A stretch of DNA of 64,000 bases. Source: an uncultured Planctomycetaceae bacterium. Lineage in GTDB: Bacteria; Planctomycetota; Planctomycetia; Pirellulales; PALSA-1355. Below are positions 26,678 to 35,493 of the stretch, in pieces; the stretch's first letter is position 1; every line of letters starts with the position of its first letter. The DNA is taken from the NCBI GenBank assembly GCA_937952415.1, contig CALFYT010000069.1:439-64438 (forward strand). Direction: 5' to 3'. Below the pieces are notes generated by a model. The model was not told the origin of the DNA, made no database searches, and worked only from the letters and a program-made list of their open reading frames with translations. The position numbers were made by a program, and so were the translations under genes.

Positions 26678-27343
26678 CTAGTCGAGCGGCTTGACCTGGA
26701 TGTTCTTGTAGTACGTCGTGCTTTTCGGGTCGTGAGCCTGGAGCGCGAACGTACCCTGATCGATCACTTCCAACTCGCCTGTCTTTCCTTTCGGCTCGGT
26801 GTACTCGGAAATGGTTTTCCCGTCGACGATCGTCTTGATCGTTTTCTTGTCCGCGTCGACGACGATCTCTTGGGTGAACCATTCGTTGTCTTTCGCCGGT
26901 GGGTCAAAGTTTTTCACCAGGTGATAGATGCTGCCGGTGCGCACTGGGTCGGTGTGTGAGTTGTTGACTTGTGCCTCGAAACCCGTACGGGGCCAGCCCC
27001 CTTCCTGAAACTTGGCATGGAAGTACATACCCGAGTTGCTGCCGGGCGTTGTCATCACATCGGCCTTGAAGCGAAAGCTCTTGAACTTGGGCGGGTTTTC
27101 CGGATCGTCGCCGACATAGAACAGGTGGCTGCGCGGACCGGCGGCCACGATCATGCCGTCTTTGACCTTCCATTGCTCGGCGTTCTCGCTGGCCTTCCAT
27201 CCGTCCAGCGACTTGCCGTCGAACAGACGGATCCAACCGTCATCGTCTTTGTCGTTGGCCTGCGATACGCTCGGCATAACGGACACGGTGAGCGCCGTTA
27301 CGAAAAACAGAATCAGGATGGTCCAGCGGGATGCGTACTTCAT
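26678..27343 (-). CDS. DUF1080 (3-keto-disaccharide hydrolase-like) domain protein, secreted
   Basis: 221-aa ORF with ATG at 27343. Signal peptide. Hallmark GWIRLFDGKSLDGWK..W.VKDG.I, GMYFHAKF, FALQAHDP..YYKNIQVKPL. Confidence 0.88.
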   Translation of the reverse strand: MKYASRWTILILFFVTALTVSVMPSVSQANDKDDDGWIRLFDGKSLDGWKASENAEQWKVKDGMIVAAGPRSHLFYVGDDPENPPKFKSFRFKADVMTTPGSNSGMYFHAKFQEGGWPRTGFEAQVNNSHTDPVRTGSIYHLVKNFDPPAKDNEWFTQEIVVDADKKTIKTIVDGKTISEYTEPKGKTGELEVIDQGTFALQAHDPKSTTYYKNIQVKPLD

Positions 27344-27424
27344 CGTTGTGGCTCCGGGGTGGGCTCGTGGGGTTAGTGGGTGATGGCGCGGCTCCGCGAA
27401 TTGCGGCCGTTCGATCGTATCGGG

Positions 27425-28138
27425 CTAGTCGAACGAGAGCGTCGCCTGGTCTTTGTGGCAGATGCGGCAGCTCTGGCTCACAGCCACCGTGGCATAGCTC
27501 GACACGGAATCGGAGTTGGCGTTGTGGCATTCGGTGCAACAAGCCAGGTTGTCCAAGTCTGCCGTGCCGAGCACCTGCTGCTGACCCACGGTGTACCGCG
27601 GAGCCTGGCTCGGTTGGTGCCGTGTGCACGCGGCGGTGTGCATTCCGGCCAGCAGCTTTCGCTCGGTTGGGGTGAATCGCGGTTGGTCATCGTCGGGGCG
27701 TACCACGACATGGCTATCGTTGATCGGCGGCACTGTGGAATATCCGTCGAGCGACCAGCGCGTGCTAACCAGCGAACCCAGCGTGACACCGAGGGCCAAT
27801 GCCGCCGCCAGCCCCCATGCCGACAGCGCGGAAAATCCACGTGACTGGCCGACGGGCTGCATCGGGCGCAGCTTGGCCCGTTTCGGTTCCATCTCGCGCG
27901 CATAGGATACGAGCGGTTGCGTGCGTTCCGCGCCCACCGAGCACCAATAGCCCGGCAGGTCCCGACTCTCCTCCGGACTGATGGCCTCTTGAAACAACTC
28001 AAGCGCCGGACGCAGGGCATCGGCCAGCCGCCGGCACTCCGGACAAACGCGAAGATGGGCCTCGACAGGCGTATCGCACGCTGTTCCGGTCGGGAACGGA
28101 CCACGTGTTAACACGTCGAATACTTGATCGCAATTCAT
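27425..28138 (-). CDS. Anti-sigma factor (zf-HC2) with a TM helix and a C-terminal domain carrying two CXXCH motifs
   Basis: 237-aa ORF whose ATG at 28138 lies 3 nt after the sigma-factor stop. H28-x3-C32-x2-C35 (AHLRVCPECRR) is the zf-HC2 anti-sigma signature. TM helix ~103-124 (ALSAWGLAAALALGVTLGSLV). CTECH (nt 27524-27538) and CRICH (nt 27455-27469). Confidence 0.85.
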   Translation of the reverse strand: MNCDQVFDVLTRGPFPTGTACDTPVEAHLRVCPECRRLADALRPALELFQEAISPEESRDLPGYWCSVGAERTQPLVSYAREMEPKRAKLRPMQPVGQSRGFSALSAWGLAAALALGVTLGSLVSTRWSLDGYSTVPPINDSHVVVRPDDDQPRFTPTERKLLAGMHTAACTRHQPSQAPRYTVGQQQVLGTADLDNLACCTECHNANSDSVSSYATVAVSQSCRICHKDQATLSFD

Positions 28139-28141
28139 TCC

Positions 28142-28819
28142 TCAATGCTCCTGACGCGCGGCGCCGGACGATTGGTCCTGCGCGCCGGCGTCTTCCAGCA
28201 AAAGTGCCATACGTTCCAGGCCGCAGCGCACGCGCGATTTGGCCGTGTTCAAACTGCACTGCATCGTGGCGGCAATTTCGTGAAACTTCAGTCCGCCAAA
28301 GAATCGCAGCCGCAACGCGTCCGCCTGCACCGTGCTCAACTGCCGCAGCACCGACTCAAGCGTCGCGGCGCGCTCCTTGGCCAGCAGTTTGCCAAGGGGC
28401 GACGTGTCGCCGGTTTCGACTGCTTCATCCAGCGAAACCCCATCGGCACCGGCGGGCGCCGGTTCGATCCGGGCGCGGCGCAGGCGGCGCTGGTAGTGTC
28501 CGCGACATTGGTTGAGCAGGATAGTCCAGAGCCAGGTACGGAAGTTGTACCGCGGGTCGTAACTGCCGCACGACTTGTAAGCGGCCATAAACGTCTCTTG
28601 GACCACGTCCTCCGCCCAATCGACTCGGCCCAGCCGGCTGCGGGCCACGCGCGTCAATGGGCCCTGATACCGGCGCACCAACTCTTCGAAGCAGTCGGTC
28701 TGGCCGGCGCGCACGCGCTCGACCAGCGCCGCGTCCGAGTCTGTTGGCCGCTGGTTCATGTTTGGTGTCCCCGCTTGCCCGCCGTAGGCGGCCCAATCGA
28801 CCTTGGGCGCATTCGTCAT
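28142..28819 (-). CDS. ECF (sigma-70 family) RNA polymerase sigma factor
   Basis: ORF 28142..28846 starts with TTG. ATG candidates are 28819 (MTNAPK) and 28759 (MNQRPTDSD). Region 2: LVERVRAGQTDCFEELVRRYQGPL..VVQETFMAAY. Region 4: LSTVQADALRLRFFGGLKFHEIAATMQCSLNTAKSRV. Confidence 0.9.
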   Translation of the reverse strand: MTNAPKVDWAAYGGQAGTPNMNQRPTDSDAALVERVRAGQTDCFEELVRRYQGPLTRVARSRLGRVDWAEDVVQETFMAAYKSCGSYDPRYNFRTWLWTILLNQCRGHYQRRLRRARIEPAPAGADGVSLDEAVETGDTSPLGKLLAKERAATLESVLRQLSTVQADALRLRFFGGLKFHEIAATMQCSLNTAKSRVRCGLERMALLLEDAGAQDQSSGAARQEH

Positions 28820-28957
28820 TTTTGCCAGCCTATCCGGTTCACGCAAGCAGTCGGAATGGGGGAATCGTTATGTGCGTTCCAGCCGGGCGGGCTCCCACCG
28901 TGGCGATTCGCCACACCGCGAGTGGGCGAGTTGGAATCGGCGAGGGCCCGAGCCAGG

Positions 28958-29539
28958 TCATGCCAGCATCTTTGCGAGCATGCCCACAAGATCGGCGCCC
29001 AGTTGCTCGACCGCGGATTGCGCGGCGTGATCTTTGAGCGCGCCGTCGTCGGCGAAAGCGTCGTGCGCGTGCGAAATCGACTTGGTGGCCGGCAGGACGA
29101 GCGTGCCAAGATTGCCCAGGATGGCCCGCAGGTGGACCAGTCCGCGCAGCCCGCCAAGTCCGCCCGGCGATGCGCTCATCACGACCGCGACCTTGCCGGT
29201 GAAGCATGCCAGCGGCGGCTCTCCCTCGACGTGGCGCGACGTCCAATCGATCGTGTTCTTCAGCAATGCCGTGATCGTGCTGTTATGCTCCGGAGACGCA
29301 ATCAGAAAACCGTCGTGCGCGAGCATCAAATCCTTGAACTTCCGCGCCGCATCAGGCAGGCCGTGCTCGGCCTCGTACTCCTGGTCGAACAGCGGCATCG
29401 GATAGTCTCTTAGGTCGACGACGTTGACCTGACCGCCGGCCAAGCTCGCGCCTTCAGCAGCGATGCGCACTAACTTCTTGTTCAACGAATCGCGACGCGC
29501 GCTTCCGGCAAACGCCAAGATCTTGGGCTTAGGGGGCAT
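28958..29539 (-). CDS. NADPH-dependent FMN reductase family protein
   Basis: ORF 28958..29575. The ATG at 29539 gives MPPKPKILAFAGSARRDSLNKKL (the flavodoxin-like GSxRxxSxN motif). ..FLIASPEHNSTITALLKNTIDW. Confidence 0.88.
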   Translation of the reverse strand: MPPKPKILAFAGSARRDSLNKKLVRIAAEGASLAGGQVNVVDLRDYPMPLFDQEYEAEHGLPDAARKFKDLMLAHDGFLIASPEHNSTITALLKNTIDWTSRHVEGEPPLACFTGKVAVVMSASPGGLGGLRGLVHLRAILGNLGTLVLPATKSISHAHDAFADDGALKDHAAQSAVEQLGADLVGMLAKMLA

Positions 29540-29649
29540 GGCGGGAGTCCTTGCAACGGGACAGTATTCGAGCAACTACGACCTCAAGCCGGACACGCCG
29601 CCATCGTCGTCCGGGATTGCAGCGGGCGCGCGTGCCGACGTTTGGTATC

Positions 29650-29925
29650 ATGGATGACATGAGCCGGAAGCAAAAGACCGCGCGGGGCCAGTTTCGTCTA
29701 CGTTCCCTGCTGTTGGGCATTATGTGGTTCGCACTACTTCTGGCCGTCTGCGTCCGTTACCAGCAGGCCACCACCCGACAACGCCAGATTGTCGAGACCC
29801 TGCCTGCCGCCGGGCGGTTGCCCGCGGTCCGCGTGCTCAATCGCTGGCCCACTTCTGCCGTTACAACACCCACCGCGCCCGCGGGTCCATCCCGCGGTGC
29901 CAAGCGCGCTCGCGGATCATCGTAG
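29650..29925 (+). CDS. Small hypothetical membrane protein
   Basis: Within ORF 29551..29925. The ATG at 29650 gives MDDMSRKQKTARGQFRLRSLLLGIMWFALLLAVCV (one TM helix). Its stop lies 2 nt before the ferredoxin ATG, which suggests coupling. No family recognised. Confidence 0.4.
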   Translation: MDDMSRKQKTARGQFRLRSLLLGIMWFALLLAVCVRYQQATTRQRQIVETLPAAGRLPAVRVLNRWPTSAVTTPTAPAGPSRGAKRARGSS

Positions 29926-29927
29926 CC

Positions 29928-30260
29928 ATGCCGCCGTTTACGAGCCACATTTTTGTCTGTTGCAATCGGCGCGAGCCGGGACACCACCGTGGTTGTTGCG
30001 ACCCCGACGGCGCCGGCCGGTTGCGGGAGTGCTTCAAGCAGGAACTGAAGCGGCATAATCTTGGGACGACTGTGCGGGCCAACTCGGCCGGCTGCCTGGA
30101 CCAGTGCGAGCTGGGACCGACCGTGGTCGTTTATCCGCAGGCGATTTGGTATGGCGGCGTGCGGCCGGAAGATGTGCCCCGGATCGTTGAACAAACCGTG
30201 ATCGGCGGGCTCGTCTTGGAGGACTTGCGCATCCCCGACGAGAAGCTCAACGCCCGTTAG
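29928..30260 (+). CDS. Thioredoxin-like [2Fe-2S] ferredoxin family protein
   Basis: Within ORF 29724..30260, with ATG at 29928. MPPFTSHIFVCCNRREPGHHRGCC..ANSAGCLDQCELGPTVVVYPQAIWYGGV matches the (2Fe-2S) ferredoxin domain, including the Cys ligands. Confidence 0.85.
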   Translation: MPPFTSHIFVCCNRREPGHHRGCCDPDGAGRLRECFKQELKRHNLGTTVRANSAGCLDQCELGPTVVVYPQAIWYGGVRPEDVPRIVEQTVIGGLVLEDLRIPDEKLNAR

Positions 30261-30363
30261 CCGCGCCCAAAGTGGCCTGGACAGTCGTCCGAACGGCCCC
30301 AAAGTGCGCCGCCACAACCGGTTTCGTGCCGCGGGGGGTGGTGCATGAAGTGGTGGAAGTTTC

Positions 30364-30393
30364 TTGCCAGTCGCCCCACTGTCAAGGTATATT
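30364..30393 (+). promoter_or_regulatory. Candidate sigma-70-type promoter upstream of the PSCyt1-WD40 gene
   Basis: TTGCCA (30364-30369), 18 nt, TATATT (30388-30393), within the 408-bp non-coding gap. Implies a leader of roughly 270 nt. Confidence 0.25.
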
Positions 30394-30668
30394 CGGGGAT
30401 TGGCAGCGACGGCGACGCAACGCGGCGAATCAGTGCCCGTGCATGGTTTGGTCCTACCTTGCGTGCGCAGCGGCGACGCGCTGCCAGGAGACAAGACGTT
30501 GCCCCGACATGCACCCCGCGGCGGCCTGGCACGAGTTGCTCGTGGCTGCCGTGTGGCCCGCCTCCCGAAGACGACCTGCCGAACAAAACGCCGCATGCGC
30601 CGAAATTCGATGGCGCGCAACGCGGACCGACTGTCCAAAGAATTCAAACGGTATTAGGGATCGCCAAA

Positions 30669-32114
30669 ATGATGCCTGCACGACACACGTTGGGCCTGCT
30701 CCCCGTCGTCGTACTTTCGGCTGCTGCGCTGGCGCCGATCTCGGCGGTGGCGGCCGACGAAAGTGCCGGTGACTCGGCCGCGTCCAATGTCAGCTACTTT
30801 CGTGACATCCGGCCCATCTTCCAAGCCCAGTGCCAAGGCTGTCATCAGCCCGCCAAGCCGATGGGCGAATTGGTGATGACCACCCGCGAAGGGTTGCTCA
30901 AAGGCGGCGAAAGCGAGATGCCGGCCGTAGTTCCCGGCAAGCCCGACGAGAGCTATCTCCTGGATCAGATTACGCCGACCGATGGTTCGGCCGAAATGCC
31001 CAAGGAAAAGGACCCGCTGACCGAAGACCAGATCAACAAGATTCGCCAGTGGATCGTTGATGGCGCGGTGGACGACACACCAGCATCGGTCCAACGGGTC
31101 GTAGACGCCGACAACCCGCCGACATACGAGGCGGCTCCCGTCTTGACGGCGTTGGATTTTTCGCCCGACGAAAAGATACTCGCCGTGAGCGGATATCACG
31201 AGACCCTCTTGCACCATGCCGACGGTTCGGGGCTTGTGGCCCGACTGGTTGGACAATCGGAGCGGATTGAATCATTGGCCTTCTCGCCCGACGGAACGCT
31301 GTTGGCCGCCAGCGGCGGCAGCCCGGGACGCTTTGGCGAGGTGCAGGTTTGGGACGTTGCGTCGCGGACCCTGAAGCACTCGGTGCCCGTGACGTTCGAT
31401 ACGGTTTATGGAGTCAGTTGGTCGGCCGACGGAAGCAAAATCGCGTTTGGTTGTGCGGACAACACGCTACGAGCCATCAACGCCAACGACGGCAAACAAT
31501 TGCTCTATCAAGGTGCGCACAGCGACTGGGTGCTTGACACCGTGTTTTCAACCGATGCGAAGTACCTGATCTCGGTCAGTCGCGATCGGTCGATGAAACT
31601 GGTCGAGGTGGCCACCGAGCGTTTCGTCGACAACATCACCAGCATCACGCCCGGCGCACTCAAAGGCGGACTGGCCGCGGTCGACCGGCATCCGGGCAAG
31701 AACGAGTTGCTCATCGGCGGAGCGGACGGCATTCCGAAGGTGTACCAAATGCTTCGCACCAAGGATCGCAAGATCGGCGACGACTACAACTTGATCAAGG
31801 CCTATGACGCGGTGCCCGGTCGAATCTTCGACATCGACTTCAATGCGGATGGCTCGCAGTTCGTCGTCGGAAGCAGCCTGGACCGAACGGGCGAAGTTCG
31901 CATCTACGAAACGGACAGCGGCAAAATGTTAACGAAGCTCGAAGGACAAAAGGGCGCCGTTTTTTGCGTTCGTTTCAGCCCCAGTGGCAAGGTAGTCGCG
32001 TCAGCCGGGTTTGATGGCATGGTGCGGCTGAACGACGCACAAAGCGGCAAGCTCATCAAGGAGTTCTCTCCGGTGCCCGAGGGGGCCACGGTCGTTGCGT
32101 CGGCAGGAGATTGA
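30669..32114 (+). CDS. Planctomycete cytochrome c (PSCyt1) domain fused to a WD40 beta-propeller
   Basis: Within ORF 30345..32114. The ATG at 30669 gives the signal peptide MMPARHTLGLLPVVVLSAAALAPISAVAA. FRDIRPIFQAQCQGCHQPAKP (CXXCH) ..PGKPDESYLLDQI. WD40-like blades follow (LAFSPDGTLLAASGG..VQVWD, VSWSADGSKIAFG, VRFSPSGKVVASAGFDGMVRL). Confidence 0.88.
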   Translation: MMPARHTLGLLPVVVLSAAALAPISAVAADESAGDSAASNVSYFRDIRPIFQAQCQGCHQPAKPMGELVMTTREGLLKGGESEMPAVVPGKPDESYLLDQITPTDGSAEMPKEKDPLTEDQINKIRQWIVDGAVDDTPASVQRVVDADNPPTYEAAPVLTALDFSPDEKILAVSGYHETLLHHADGSGLVARLVGQSERIESLAFSPDGTLLAASGGSPGRFGEVQVWDVASRTLKHSVPVTFDTVYGVSWSADGSKIAFGCADNTLRAINANDGKQLLYQGAHSDWVLDTVFSTDAKYLISVSRDRSMKLVEVATERFVDNITSITPGALKGGLAAVDRHPGKNELLIGGADGIPKVYQMLRTKDRKIGDDYNLIKAYDAVPGRIFDIDFNADGSQFVVGSSLDRTGEVRIYETDSGKMLTKLEGQKGAVFCVRFSPSGKVVASAGFDGMVRLNDAQSGKLIKEFSPVPEGATVVASAGD

Positions 32115-32181
32115 GTTTAGTAACACGCAAAGTGCCGGCACCGGAGTCTGTGCTGGCCAATTTATCGAGCAGGAATTCGTC

Positions 32182-35100
32182 ATGAAGCACACGTTCCTCA
32201 CGGTTGGACTTCTAGGTTGTGTCGTGGCGCTGTCGATCGGCGGCCATGCCGCTGCCGACACCAGCGCTCAACTTCCCGAAGGCGCGAAGATCGTTTCGCT
32301 CGAGGTGCTGCCCGCCGAAATCGCACTGGACAATCACTATGCCTATGCCCAGGTGCTGCTGACCGCCGAACTCGACAACGGCGATCGGGTCGACGTGACG
32401 CGTCTGGCCAAAGCGACCCTCAATGACGATCTGGCAACGGTGTCCGAAGCGGGCGTCGTCCGGCCCAAGGCGGACGGCACCGGACAAATCACGTTCGAGG
32501 TCGCGGGGGCGTCGGTGACGGCTCCTCTTTCGGTCTCGGGAGAATCGACCGAACGTCCTGTCAGCTTCGTGCGCGACGTGATGCCCGTGTTGTCCAAGAT
32601 GGGTTGCAATGCCGGCACATGCCACGGGTCGCTCAATGGCAAGAACGGTTTCAAGCTGTCGCTACGCGGCTACGATGCGATTTTCGACCATCGGGCCTTG
32701 ACCGACGACATCGAAGGCCGGCGCATCAACAGGGCAGCGCCGGACCAAAGCCTGATGTTGCTCAAGCCGGCTGGTGTGATCCCGCATGTCGGCGGCGTGC
32801 TCACTGAGCCGGGTCATCCCTACTACGAAGCGATTCGATCGTGGATCCTCAACGGCGTGCAGCTCGACATGGAGAGCCCCAGGGTCGCGAGCATCGAAAT
32901 CTTCCCCAAGAATCCAATCGTGCCACAGCCGGGCATGTCGCAACAGATGCGGCTGCTAGCGACGTACACCGATGGCTCGGTGCGCGACGTGACGCTTGAG
33001 GCGTTTATCGAGAGCGCCAATACCGAAGTCGCTGAACCGAACAAGACAGGCCTGATTTCGGTGATTCGCCGCGGCGAAGCCGCCGTCTTGGCGCGCTACG
33101 AAGGCGCGTACATCGCCACGACGCTCACCGTCATGGGCGATCGTAGTGGGTACGCGTGGCAGGAAGTGCCGGCGAACAACTATGTCGACGAACTGGTGTA
33201 TGCCAAGCTGAAGCGCGTCAAGTCGATGCCGAGCGAACTTTGCACCGACGGCGAGTTCGTGCGACGTGTCTGGCTTGACTTGACGGGCCTGCTCCCGCCT
33301 GCCGACGACGTACGCGCCTTCTTGGCCGATCCGCGCGAATCGAAAGTCAAGCGCGACGAACTGATCGATCGGCTCGTCGGCAATCGCGATTACGTCGAGA
33401 TGTGGACCAACAAGTGGGCCGATCTGTTGCAGGTGAACAGTAAGTTTTTGGGTCAAGAAGGAGCGTTTGCGCTGCGGCGTTGGATTCAACAAGCGGTGGC
33501 CTCGAACATGCCGTACGACGAATTTGTCTACGCCGTGCTGACCGCCAGCGGTTCCACCATCGACAATCCTCCGGCTGCTTACTACAAGATCCTGCGCACG
33601 CCGGAAGAGACGATGGAAAACACCACGCAGCTCTTCCTGGGCGTGCGATTCAATTGCAACCATTGCCACGACCATCCGTTCGAGCGCTGGACCCAGGGGC
33701 AGTACTGGCATCTGTCGGCGTACTTTGCCCAAATCGGTCGCAAGGCAGACCCCGCGGCCGGCGGAAAGATGCTTGGCGGCACCGCGGTCGAAGGCGGAAA
33801 ACCGCTGATCGAAACGATCTACGACACCGGGTCCGGAGAAGTAACCGACGGCGCCACCGGGCAAACGGCCGCACCGTCTTTCCCGTACGAGCACGATGAT
33901 CTAGCGCCGGATACGGCGTCGCGCCGCGAGCAATTGGCCCGCTGGGTGACTTCGGAGGAGAACGAATACTTTGCCAAGAGCTACGTGAATCGGTTGTGGG
34001 GTTATCTGTTCGGCCGCGGCATCATCGAGCCGATCGACGACATCCGCGCCGGCAACCCACCGACCAACCCCGTATTGTTGGAGCGGCTGACGCGCGAGTT
34101 TATCGAGAGCGGTTTCGACACCCAACAAATCCTACGTACGATTTGTAAGTCGCGTACGTATCAAACGTCGATCGCGACCAACAAGTGGAACGAGGACGAC
34201 GAGATCAATTTCTCGCACGCGATTGCCCGCCGTTTGCCGGCCGAAGTTTTGTACGATGCGATCAAGCGTGGCACCGGCTCGAGCAGCCGTTTGCCCGGAG
34301 TACCCGAAGGCTATCGAGCCACGCAATTGCCCGACGTGGCGTTGAAGCTGCCCAGCGGATTCTTCGAGGTTTTCGGGCGTCCGGCCCGCGAGAGCGCCTG
34401 CGAGTGTGAGCGCTCCAGCGGCATGATGCTCGGGCCGGTGATGACGTTGGTCAACGGCCCGACGGTGGCCGACGCGATCGCCGATCCGAACAACGCGATC
34501 GCGGATCTCGTCGCTTCGCACACCGAAGACGGCGAAGTCGTCAACGAGCTATTCATGCGCCTCTTGTCACGCGAGCCCACGGCGACCGAATTGGAGTCGG
34601 GCATCGCGGCGATGCACGCCGGCGGTGATGAACTCGACCCGTTGCGAAAGGAGTTGGCCGAATACGAAGCAAAGTTGGTCGAGAAGCAGGTCGCGTGGGA
34701 AGCCACGCAGATCCCGCCCTCGTGGACCGTGGTATCGCCCGCGCAGCTTGAGTCCAGCATGGGCGCGACGTTCGCCAAACAGGACGACGGTTCCGTGCTG
34801 GTGACGGGCGCCAACGGCAAGGGCCAATACATCGTGTCGCTTGACACGCCGGTCAAGAACGTTACCGCGCTACGGCTCGAAGTGCTGGCCGACGATCGCC
34901 TGCCGGGTCGTGGGCCGGGCCGTGCACCCAACGGCAACTTTGTGCTGACCGAGCTGACGGCCGAGGCGGCATCGAAGGCCGATCCGGCGAGCCTCAAAAA
35001 GTTGGCGCTCGGTCGCGGCACCGCCGACTTCGAGCAAAACGGCTTTCCCGCCAGCTACGCGATCGATCAACGACCGAAGACGGGCTGGGCAATCTCGCCC

Positions 35101-35493
35101 GAGGTCGGCAAGGAGCACTGGGCCGTGTTCGAGATGCTCGACGACGTTAGCCTCGACGAGCAGACGCGGATCGTCTTGAAGCTCGACCAACAGTTCGACG
35201 ACCGACACACGATCGGCAAGTTCCGTTTTTCGGTTACGACGGCGGCACGGCCGCTCAACTATCCGAAGCTGCCGGAAAATATCGCGGCGATCGTAGCCAT
35301 CGCCGCGGATCAGCGCAGTGATGCGCAGAAGGCTGAGCTGGCTGAGTACTACCGTTCGCGCGACGCGGACTGGAAGCGGATGAGCGAGGCGGTTACCGCG
35401 GCAGCCGAGCAGCAGAAGAATCATCGTTTAACCGGCGCGCAGGATTTGGCCTGGGCCCTGATCAACAGCCCGGCGTTCTTGTTCAATCGGTAA
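32182..35493 (+). CDS. DUF1549 (PSCyt2) / DUF1553 (PSD1) domain protein with an N-terminal Ig-like domain and an inserted beta-sandwich domain
   Basis: Within ORF 32095..35493. The ATG at 32182 gives the signal peptide MKHTFLTVGLLGCVVALSIGGHAAA. CNAGTCHGSLNGKNGFKLSLRGYD. DUF1549 motif FLGVRFNCNHCHDHPFERW. DUF1553-type C-terminal end WALINSPAFLFNR. Confidence 0.88.
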   Translation: MKHTFLTVGLLGCVVALSIGGHAAADTSAQLPEGAKIVSLEVLPAEIALDNHYAYAQVLLTAELDNGDRVDVTRLAKATLNDDLATVSEAGVVRPKADGTGQITFEVAGASVTAPLSVSGESTERPVSFVRDVMPVLSKMGCNAGTCHGSLNGKNGFKLSLRGYDAIFDHRALTDDIEGRRINRAAPDQSLMLLKPAGVIPHVGGVLTEPGHPYYEAIRSWILNGVQLDMESPRVASIEIFPKNPIVPQPGMSQQMRLLATYTDGSVRDVTLEAFIESANTEVAEPNKTGLISVIRRGEAAVLARYEGAYIATTLTVMGDRSGYAWQEVPANNYVDELVYAKLKRVKSMPSELCTDGEFVRRVWLDLTGLLPPADDVRAFLADPRESKVKRDELIDRLVGNRDYVEMWTNKWADLLQVNSKFLGQEGAFALRRWIQQAVASNMPYDEFVYAVLTASGSTIDNPPAAYYKILRTPEETMENTTQLFLGVRFNCNHCHDHPFERWTQGQYWHLSAYFAQIGRKADPAAGGKMLGGTAVEGGKPLIETIYDTGSGEVTDGATGQTAAPSFPYEHDDLAPDTASRREQLARWVTSEENEYFAKSYVNRLWGYLFGRGIIEPIDDIRAGNPPTNPVLLERLTREFIESGFDTQQILRTICKSRTYQTSIATNKWNEDDEINFSHAIARRLPAEVLYDAIKRGTGSSSRLPGVPEGYRATQLPDVALKLPSGFFEVFGRPARESACECERSSGMMLGPVMTLVNGPTVADAIADPNNAIADLVASHTEDGEVVNELFMRLLSREPTATELESGIAAMHAGGDELDPLRKELAEYEAKLVEKQVAWEATQIPPSWTVVSPAQLESSMGATFAKQDDGSVLVTGANGKGQYIVSLDTPVKNVTALRLEVLADDRLPGRGPGRAPNGNFVLTELTAEAASKADPASLKKLALGRGTADFEQNGFPASYAIDQRPKTGWAISPEVGKEHWAVFEMLDDVSLDEQTRIVLKLDQQFDDRHTIGKFRFSVTTAARPLNYPKLPENIAAIVAIAADQRSDAQKAELAEYYRSRDADWKRMSEAVTAAAEQQKNHRLTGAQDLAWALINSPAFLFNR

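Noticed and set aside
28853-28880. GGAAC (minus strand, 28880-28876) upstream of the ECF sigma gene, considered as an autoregulated ECF -35 element.
   Set aside because: The sequence 16-17 nt downstream reads CCATTCCGA, with no clear CGT(C)-type -10 element. A single pentamer is too weak to call a promoter.
30345-30668. N-terminal extensions offered by the longest-ORF track. Examples: 30345 for the WD40 gene, 57841 for DUF255, 46206 for the TrmH-family gene, 47027 for the methyltransferase, 38961 for the HD gene, 16986 for RidA and 11197 for the PEP-CTERM gene.
   Set aside because: The extensions are Arg-rich junk that precedes a clean signal peptide or a canonical family N-terminus. Several would overlap the upstream gene. 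Internal ATG, GTG or TTG starts fit gene spacing and ribosome-binding sites.
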